From positions 22,320,001 through 22,384,000 of the forward strand of contig OZ024752.1 of the NCBI GenBank assembly GCA_964016885.1: a stretch of DNA of 64,000 bases. The letters run 5' to 3'. The first letter of the stretch is position 1. Each line of letters begins with the position of its first letter. Under the pieces are notes generated by a model, which saw nothing but the letters and a program-made list of their open reading frames with translations, was not told where the DNA came from and made no database searches. Below, one piece after another: positions 51,623-61,188 of the stretch. The DNA is from Eledone cirrhosa (lineage: Eukaryota). Position numbers and translations under genes: made by a program.

Positions 51623-54234
51623 TCATCATCATCATCATCACCGTTTTACGTCCGTTCTTCCACGCTAGCATGGGTTAGACGGGTTGTCCTGTTGTGGGCA
51701 GTGTCTGGTCGGCTGACCATGCCTTGTTCATACAGGAACTGATTTGGCTTGATTTTTACAGCTGGATGCCCTTCCTAACACCAACCTCATTTACAGTGAG
51801 TGCTGGGTGCTTTTTCGTTGTGCCTACATGTCCACTTTACAGTGTGGGCTGGGTGCTTTTTTGCCGTGGCACCTCCACGACCACCTTGCAGTGGTGGGTG
51901 TGGGGGCATATTGTCTATATGCTTCAGCTTGTACCCATGGGAGGTCGGGTACTCTGTATTACTGCGTGACGCCAGAGGTCACGGTCGTGAGTCATCGCCT
52001 TTGAGAGGTGTAATTGGGTAAGGTCAGCTTTTATCACCTCATCCCAGGTCATCTTGGGTCTCCTCACTCCGCAGTTTCCATCGACTTCTAGTGCTCTGCA
52101 CCTTTTTATGCAGCTGTCATCCTTCATACGCATCACATGTCCATACCAACGCAACCGCCTCTCCTGCACACACATTTGATTCCTCTTATGCTCAGTCTCT
52201 CTCTCAATTCATTTATGCTTTGTCGTTCGCGTATATTACTATTACACATCCATCGGAGCATGCAGGCTTCGTTTCTCTCTAATCTACGTAAGTCCTCCAC
52301 CTTCAGCGCCCAGGTCTCACTACCATGCAACATCGCTGTTCGGATACACGCATCATACAGTCTGCCTTTCATTTTGAGGGAGAAGCCTTTTGCAGCTAGC
52401 AGTGGTAGTAATTCCCTAAACTTCTTCTATCCCGTTCTTACCCTAGTTATTGTACTTTCTGAACACCCACCTCCGCTGCTAATTCGGTTGCCTAGGTAGC
52501 AGAAGCTGTCTACTGTTTCTACAGAGCCCTCCCAGAGATTGGTGGTACTTGTTTCCTGTGGCTGTTTGCTGCTTGCTGTCCCAGCACAGCTGCTGCATGT
52601 GAAGCCTACATTCTTAATTAAGCTTCCTGAGATCCCGCTACATCTCTTGTGTACCCATTGTTTGCATTTGGGGCAGAGAATGGAGTTCCTACCTACACCT
52701 TTCCTACATACTGAGCAAGGCCATTTCCCTGAGGGGATCTGGGTTCTGTTTTCTCGTCTACTTACAAGGACCTTAGTCTTTGTCATGTTGACTTTGAGAC
52801 CCTTTCTTTCTAGTCTCTGCTTCCAAGTTTGGAATTTCTTCTCTAGTTCTACCATAGATTCAGCTATAAGTGCGAGGTCATCAGCATACAGGAGTTCCCA
52901 TGGGCATCCGGTCTTAAACTCCTCCGTTATTGCCTGCAGGACTATGATCAACAGGAGGGGGCTAAGAACAGAGCCCTGGTGGACCCCAACATGTACGCTA
53001 AATTCCTCGCTATACTCATTGCTAATCCTAACTTTGCTGACTGCTCCCCTATACATGGTTGTACCGCTTTCACAAGCCATTCATCTACTCCTAGTTTTCT
53101 AAGAGCCCACCAGATGACAGCACGTGGAACTCTGTCAAAGGCTTTCTCAAGATCGACAAATGCCAGGTAGAGTGGCTTACTTTTAGCTAGGTACTTTTCC
53201 TGTAACTGCCTCACAAGGAAGAGGGCATCAGTGGTGCCTCTTCCTGGTACAAACCCAAATTGCATCTCGTCTAGTTTCACCCGGTCCCTAATCAACTGTG
53301 CTATAACTCTTTCTGTTACTTTCATGACCTGGTCCATCAGCTTTATACCTCTATAGTTTCCTCTATCTAGTGCATCACCTTTACCTTTGTAGCAGTTGAC
53401 AATGATGCTACTGCACCAATCTTTTGGTATGACACCTTCTAGTATTACCTGGTTAACAATACGTGTGGTTATAGTGTGACCTACAGACCCAGATGCCTTC
53501 AGCATCTCGGCAGCTATACCTGATGGACCGGTTGCCTTCCCCATCTTCATATCTTTGATTGCCTTACTTACTATGCTGCCCCCTCTATAGGGTCTACTTG
53601 GGGTAGGGTCTCTTCTTCCCATGCATTCTCCTCATTTAGTAATCTATCATAATGACTCTTCCATGCATCTTTCTTCTCAGCACTTGTGAGGGCAAGCTCA
53701 CCTTTATCATTCCGGATACACTTCTCTCCAATGACATCACAATTCTCTCTGACACACTGCCTCGCAATCTTGAACACCTCCTGTTTCTGGTCCTCATGTT
53801 GCAAAACATGCTTGAATTTTCTATCCTCTGCTTCCCTCCTAGCTAAGTATACTTGTCGCCTAGCTTCCCTCTTGGTCTCTATGTAATGTACCCTGCTCAC
53901 CCCGTTCTTCCATTCTTTCCATGCCTGTCTCTTGGCCTTAACTACCTCATCTACCTTATTGTTCCACCACCAAGTCACTCTCCTCCTGCTTGTGGTCTTA
54001 CTCCAGCCACAGACCTCATCCGTCGCCTCTAGTAAGTTATTTTTTAGGAACTCCCAGTTATCTTCTACATTGAATGTCTGTATCTGTTCTTCTTTACTGT
54101 CGTAGGCATTGAGTAAAATATCTTTAAATCTGTTACTGGCTGAGGGGTCTTTCAGCTTCCAGATCTTTCTTCTCCAGGTTGGCCTCTGTTTCCAGGTTCG
54201 TCTAGTTCTGACTGTGAGGTCGCTGACAACTAAG
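51623..54234 (-). mobile_element. RTE LINE, 5'-truncated and frameshifted
   Basis: TWWWN, NYRGIKL, QFGF, DLEKAFD, LLYADD, PHD finger, RRLRWYGHV and a (CAT)n tail. Confidence 0.93.
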
Positions 54235-54250
54235 CTATATATATATATAT

Positions 54251-54382
54251 ATAGGAAAAAGTATGATCCCGACAGCAGAGCTCAAGCCGTTTCGACGGTT
54301 ATTTCTGGACTGAGGTATTTCAGTCCAGAAATAGCCGTTGAAACGGCTTGAGCTCTGCCGTCGGGGTCATACTTTTTCCTAT
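54251..54382. repeat. Near-perfect hairpin with arms of about 62 bp
   Basis: ataggaaaaagtatga...ctggactga / tcagtccag...tcatactttttcctat. It contains a GAAACggc..gccGTC hammerhead half. Confidence 0.85.
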
Positions 54383-54752
54383 TTCCCTCTCTACTACCCT
54401 AAGTATTGGGTACTTTGGTGCATTATGGTCCATCTGGTTCCTTACCACAATTCCTTTGTTATATAAATTTATATATATATGTATATATATATATATAAAT
54501 TTGAGCAACTTCCACAATGTGTGTGTGTATTTGTGTGAATGTATGTCTGTGAGTGTGTATTTTTGTAAGTGTGTCTGTGTTTGCATGTTTATATTTGTAT
54601 ACTCATATATATAAATGTATGCATATGCACATATACACATATGCGTCAGCATGTTGAAAAATTTCTAGTATATATATAATAGCACAGTGGACCAGGTTTT
54701 AGTGTAGGGATGGTATGTTTTGTCTCGTGTTAATTTTTGTTTTTTATTTCAG

Positions 54753-54822
54753 GTTATTTCCAATCCCGAGAATCAGCAAAACTAACAGATATGCTCAACC
54801 AATAACAGAAGAAGAGAGAGAT
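54753..54822 (+). CDS. OGFR-like: OGFr-domain gene B exon (LFPIPRISKTNRYAQPITEEERD)
   Basis: Long pyrimidine tract and tttcag|; donor GAT|gtgaga; LFP..N..A.P.T..E motif. Confidence 0.9.
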
Positions 54823-55187
54823 GTGAGAGTTGTCACCATTATATATTTACACAACATTCTGTGGTTGTTTTTATTGGTTTCAGTTATTGGACAATAGCCA
54901 TGATGATATATCACATTCAACAGATTTATTTAGTTAGTCATATCAACCCCAGTAGTTATTTAACCAATCTCTTTTTGTCAGACTGTTATGTTATAGGCTA
55001 TAAGAAAACAAGCACACACATACACATTGTGCTTGTTTGCTTACGTCAGCAAACAGAAGTTTGATGAGCTTTTCATTCCAGAGTCGGGCCTGATCAATAG
55101 AGATGGAACCTTGAGCTGATCAGTCGTGAAACGTGTGTCACACCTGAATAAACTTAATGAAAATTTGACATCTCATCCACACTTATT

Positions 55188-55565
55188 AGTATCGGGAGAT
55201 GGTCGGACGCCATGCTTTGCAACATAGAGTTACACCCCTTTACGGTCTGAGTTCAACTCCCGTCGAGGTTAACTTTGCCTTTCATCCTTTCGGGGTCGAT
55301 AAAATAAAGTACCAGTAATGCACTGGGATAATTGCTGGCCTTGTGCCAAAAGAAGAAACAATTATTATTATTACTGGTGGATTGGCAGTATTGGTAGAGG
55401 GTCAGACGCCATGCTTTGCAGCATAGAGTTACAGGCCTTTATGGACTGAGTTCAACTCCCATCGAGGTTAACTTTGCCTTTCATCATTAAGGGGTCGATA
55501 AAATAAAGTACCAGTAATGCACTGGGATTATTGCTGACCTTGTGCCAAAAGTAGAAACAATTATT
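55188..55565 (+). mobile_element. Two tandem Nin-like SINEs
   Basis: Same family sequence as 20556-20746. Confidence 0.85.
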
Positions 55566-55690
55566 ACTATTACACTCTGCTTAGTACAGCCCCAAAATAC
55601 ATTCTGGAGACTACACAGCGAGTCCTCATTTTGGTGAACCAACAGTAACTTGGTGTTACAATCCCTAAACTATATATATATATATATATA

Positions 55691-55985
55691 TATTCATTAG
55701 TTAAGCAAAACAAGACCACAAATTTCACAACATTATTAAAAGATTGTCAACATATTTTAGTTTGATGTAAGGAATGTAGAGAATAATAATAATATTAATA
55801 TGGAGTAGCGAAACAATTGTAAACGGACATTATTGTAAACAATTGTAAACAATTGTAAACAATTATTATTAATATTATTATTATTATTCTCTACATTCCT
55901 TACATCAAACTAAAATATGTTGACAATCTTTTAATAATGTCTTCCTTGTGAAATTTCTGGTCTTGTTTTGCTTAACTAATGAATA
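55691..55985. repeat. Inverted repeat with arms of about 110 bp
   Basis: tattcattagttaagcaaaacaagacc... versus ...ggtcttgttttgcttaactaatgaata, next to (TA)n. Confidence 0.8.
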
Positions 55986-56150
55986 TTTCCAGCTCTGTGC
56001 GCCTAACTTCTGCATGAACCCAGCCACCTAGCTGCTTTCTACTGCATATTGCACATTGAGCACATGCCTTTATGCTTTGGCTTCTAACTAATTCACCAAT
56101 CTCTCCTCTCCTATCTCCATCTCTCTCTTTAAGATTGGTTACTCTTGAAC

Positions 56151-56193
<43 letters not shown>

Positions 56194-56565
56194 ATATCAT
56201 GATCATGATCTTAATCATGTACCTTGGTCAATTTGGCGAAATCATGAGAGATTCCTTCTTTGGAATGGTTTCTATAGCTGGATACTCTTCCTGATATCAA
56301 CTACTTTACAGAGTGTACTGGGTGTATTTTATCATGGCTCCAGTAAGAGGTAGATAACTGATTATAAAACAACTAAATATTCCACCCCACATTCACCTTT
56401 TTTTAGTTCATTCAAGTTACTATAGCACACACATACACACACTCACACATATAATGCACACAAACACATACACAACACAAACACACACACACATACACAC
56501 AATACATTTGTCCTGAACCTTTATAGTTTAAAGTTTACACTGTAAATTTTGTTCACCTATTTCAG

Positions 56566-56708
56566 ATCTTTCGCAGCCAGCCTATTCTCAGAAGTAGAGT
56601 TCTGCAGTCTTTTAAAATAATGCTGAGATTCTTTGGTATACAAATGACTGATCCATACCAGTTTGGACATTATCCTAACTACCGTGAAAGATTTGATTAC
56701 CTCCAAAA
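56566..56708 (+). CDS. OGFR-like: OGFr-domain gene B exon (IFRSQPILRSRVLQSFKIMLRFFGIQMTDPYQFGHYPNYRERFDYLQ)
   Basis: Acceptor tttcag| and donor AA|gtattt; MLxFFG and NYxERF motifs; 143 nt. Confidence 0.9.
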
Positions 56709-57217
56709 GTATTTAGCAAAGTTTTATTCACTTCAGTAATAGCAACTTTCCATTAGTCCTCAGTCTTCCGTAATCACATTCTTACCAATCCGGCCTATTC
56801 TATGAAATAAAACCATCCATTTTAAAGGTTTCTAATTTAAATTAAAATCTTCCAACATAATTTTATATAAGAGTCTTACACATTACTATATTAGTGCTTT
56901 TTATTGTGACACCAAAACAACCAACTAACAGGTTAGACTGGATAGTTTTCCTTCGTGTTACCAGCATGACCACCTTACAGGGTGGACCAGGTGCTTTTTG
57001 TCATGTCACCAACTAGCTGTTAAATCATTACCCAAAAAGGACCTGCAAGGCTAACTTCTGCTTTAGCAGAGAAAATGCCAATAAAACGTCTGTTGCGTTA
57101 TTGCATCATTAATTTTACCAAAGGTGTTCTTCCCTCTGTTCCTCATTTGCTATAAAATATATATGATAGTGCCTTACTAGTGTACCAAATTTCACTATGT
57201 AACTTCTTTTATTTCAG

Positions 57218-57428
57218 ACATCCAAACAACTACAAACGAATCACAAGAATGATAGAATCTCTCAGATATTTGGACTTCAAACCACATATACTATATTTCA
57301 TCAGATTTCTTGCATATATGGTCAGATATGATTTGCTACCAATGGCTGAGGAATCAATAAACAAGTACTGGATTCCTCAACTATGTAAACATGAACAATA
57401 TCAATTGCAACAATTACTTGACTTTTAA
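57218..57428 (+). CDS. OGFR-like: OGFr-domain gene B terminal exon (HPNNYKRITRMIESLRYLDF...YWIPQLCKHEQYQLQQLLDF*)
   Basis: Acceptor tttcag|; NxxRITR motif; TAA stop. Total CDS is 816 nt, 271 aa. Confidence 0.9.
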
Positions 57429-57494
57429 AGAAAACAAAACAAAATGAACAACAATTATTAAACCCATCATTCCTTAATTTCTGCTGTCAATGTG

Positions 57495-58088
57495 TGGAGA
57501 TAAAGAGATAGATTTTGGTGGCTTTGGTCCTTCTTTAAAGATAAAGAGATAGATTTTGATGGATTTTGTCTTTGTTAGAAGATAAAGAGATAGATTCTGG
57601 TGGTGTTGGTCCTTGTTTCAAGATAATGACATTGATTCTGGTGGCTTTGATCCTTGTAGGAAGATAAAGAGATAGATTTTGGACTGATCCATGTAAAGAG
57701 GAGATAGAATTTAGTGACATGTATGAAGACAAAGAAAAGTTAGATTTTGGTAACTTTGATCTACCCAGGCTTGATACCCATGTTCTCTCAAGTGTTAAAT
57801 GGTTTACTTCACCAAGCTAAAGGTGATCCAGAACTTAGAGAGAAATTGATGATTTGTAAAACTGCTTTCTTCTTACATGTGTTAGACATTGACACAAATG
57901 GACATTCTTAACAACATTCTTTAACCTGTTGACTACTGTGTATATTTTACACAGCTACAGTTGCTGTGTTGACTGCTGTGTATATTTTACACAGCTACAG
58001 TTGCTGTGTGAACTGCTGTATATATTTTACACAGCTACAGTTGCTGTGTTGACTACTGTGTATATTTTACACAGCTACAGTTGCTGTG
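57495..58088. repeat. Two short minisatellites 3' of gene B (about 39-bp degenerate unit; 40-bp unit x4 at 57928-58088)
   Basis: aagataaagagatagattttgg... and gactactgtgtatattttacacagctacagttgctgtgtt units. Confidence 0.85.
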
Positions 58089-58729
58089 CCAGGTTTTTTT
58101 TCAGTAAAATGACTATAGTTTTAAACAAACATTTATTAACAACACATATCTGAATGATTGACAAACATCACGTCAATAAACTAGTAACGCCATCTAGCTT
58201 TGAAGTTATGAACTGTTGGAAACAAGTTGATAACTTTGAAGTTAGGAACTGTCACAAAAATGTTCAAAATTGTTAGGACGAGTTATCTTGTCTGTGGCAC
58301 TGAAGAGGTTAAGAAATACCGAAATTGCTGACCTATAAATCAAAGGGATTTACATGTTTTTGATGATTTTTTTAAAAAGAAAGATGGCCAAACCACCTTT
58401 ATACTAATAACTGACAATGGAAGTTGGTTACCTAACTAACATGGAGTTGGTAACCTACATGAAACATGAAATATATTAGTTACCTGAGGTGCAGAGAATT
58501 GTCCAGTTATGTCTGCTGGAAAACAGTCAGACATAAATGTTGAAGAGCCACATTGTACATCAACAATGATTTCATACCCAATGTGCAGAAATACATACTT
58601 CTAAACATACACTCACACACACATATAAAAAAATACATATTTCTAAACATATACACTCTCATACATATATATAAACAGAAATACGTATTTCTAAGCATAC
58701 ACACTCACTCACACACATACACACTCACA

Positions 58730-58767
<38 letters not shown>

Positions 58768-59392
58768 CATCACTCTTTACTTTCTATTTATCTTCTATTT
58801 CTACCTCTATCTTATGAAGGACTAGTGTCCAAAATGTTAAGACTCTCTTCCTGCTATTTCAAGCATTAAACTAATATATTTCTTCCATGTACTGTGCAAT
58901 TTGTTTTGTTATTTTTGTTAATTCTGTTTACCCCTTACACATATATATATATTATATAAAAGACCAAAAACAGTTAATAATATTTCATTAATTAATTAAC
59001 GAACGTTTCAGCCATATTTTGAGTAGATGCATAATTAATTATTACTTAATTAATTAAATAAACCTCAAAATTGGAATTATCAGCATTATTAAATGAAAAT
59101 ATAAATCAATTGTTACCGTGTAAAAACATTTTGAAGTCAATATTAGCGCAAAATTAGTGATAAATCTCATATTTTGAGCTGTAATCTTTTCTTCACCTAT
59201 TTTTATGTGTTTTCCTGTACAAAAACGACTTTTTATGAACTATATTATATATATATTATATATATATATAATATATATATTATATATATATATATATTAT
59301 ATATATATATATTATATATATAATATATATATATATTTTTTGTTTACGTCCACTTTTTCCCTGCTTGCAAGGGTGGGATGGGACCTGATTTT

Positions 59393-59705
59393 TTACGTCC
59401 GCTTTTCCCTGCTTGCAAGGGTGGGACGGGAACTGATTCTGGCTTGATTTCTACAGCTGGATGCCCTTCCTAACACCAACCTCATTTACAGTGAGTGCTG
59501 GGTGCTTTTTTGCCGTGGCACCGCCACGACCACTTTGCGGTGGAATGATAGGCACCCCAGTCCCTATCATCTCATTTCTACAGCTGAGTAAACTGGAGCA
59601 ATGTGAAATAAAGTGTCTTGCTGAAGGAAACAACACATCACCCGGTCTGAGAATTGAACTCACAACCTTTCGATTGCAAGGCCAATGCTCTAACCACTAA
59701 GCCAT
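59393..59705 (-). mobile_element. CORE-like tRNA SINE with RTE tail
   Basis: Reverse complement of the 10620-10995 family. Confidence 0.85.
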
Positions 59706-59936
59706 ATATATTATATATATATATATATTATATATATTATATATATATATAATATATATATATATATTCATCATCATCATCATCATCATCGTTTAACGTC
59801 CGTGTTCCACGCTTGCATGGGTTTGGACGGAGGGTTTTCCCACTTGAGGCAAGAGTGGTTATCTTGCTCGCATAGGACTATCTGGCGGGTTTTCTACACG
59901 GCCGTACATACACAAATACGAACACACATAGACACA

Positions 59937-60371
59937 TGTGAATACAAAATTCCTCCGAAGACGAAAAAAAAAAAATGGATAGAGGCGCCTTCGCAAAATC
60001 CCACCATTTATCTTTCAGTTACCCGTTGGTCACAACTCCTAGGCTGAAGTGTGTGGAGAAGAACAGAGGTCTTCTCTTGGGGGTGTTAACATTTTCTTAA
60101 GCTGCCGGTGGCATTCTTCTTGAGTGGCGAAGGAAATGAAGCAGGAATTCTTCTTCTTGATGGCGAAGGAAATGAGACAGGAGTCATCTCATGACACGGT
60201 CGCAGGTGTTGTTAACACTTTGGGATTCAGGAGGCGAGAGAGTGAGATCGCCCTGACCTGTCCCTTTTATAGGGTCTCAGGACGGAAGTGACAAAAAGGG
60301 TTCTGCAACCCCAACGGGAAGTAACTCCAGCTACTTCCTGTCTAGAGAGCAGTGATGTGATTGTCATAACA
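59937..60371 (-). mobile_element. Possible solo LTR
   Basis: The minus strand begins TGTTATGAC and has TATAAAAGGG. The other end and TSD were not resolved. Confidence 0.3.
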
Positions 60372-60388
60372 AGGGAGGCTACTCTTGC

Positions 60389-61110
60389 TACAAGTCATTT
60401 TCACCAACAGTGGAGTTACTTCTGACAGCTAATACCATGAACTATATTTTCATAGTCATGGTTATTAATGTAGAAAACAAGTCATTTTCACCAACAGTGG
60501 AGTTAACTTAAATGAAAATATAGGTGGCCCTTAAAAGGGCCAAATTAGAAAACAAATTTATGGTTATCAAATTTTTTTCACCAACCCTTTATGAAGAAAT
60601 GTTTAGAAAACAAATTTTTTTCACCAACCTTATTCAAAAGCATGGATACAGTCGACATGGAGACAAGAGACAGTCCCCATGGAGATTGAGGGTATCTGCT
60701 GTAGTAGCGGTAGCGATGGAAAGATCGCGATGGTTAATTCCATTAACAATTTGGCCCTTTTAAGGGCCACCTATATTTTCATTTAAGTTAACTCCACTGT
60801 TGGTGAAAATGACTTGTTTTCTACATTGATAACCATGACTATGAAAATATAGTTCATGGTATTAGCTGTCAGAAGTAACTCCACTGTTGGTGAAAATTCA
60901 TTTAAGTTCATGGTATTAGCTGTCAGAAGTAATTCCACTGTTGGTGAAAATGACTTGTTTTCTACATTGATAACCATGACTATGAAAATATAAGTGATTA
61001 AATCCAATTTATTTGATAACCATGACTTGTTTTCTAATTAACTTAAATTTGTTTTCTAATTTGGCCCTTTTCTAATGGACCACCTATATTTTCATTTAAG
61101 TAACTCCACT
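60389..61110. repeat. Complex inverted and tandem repeat carrying histone-type stem-loops
   Basis: 60389-60546 is inverted at 60748-60897. GGCCCTTTTAAGGGCCACC occurs at 60753 (+) and 60541 (-), with a decayed copy at 61063. Confidence 0.8.
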
Positions 61111-61188
61111 TACATCTATATGCTTTAGTAAAAAAAAAAATAATAATAATTTCATATAAGCAACTCCGCTTACATCTATAATGAAGAA

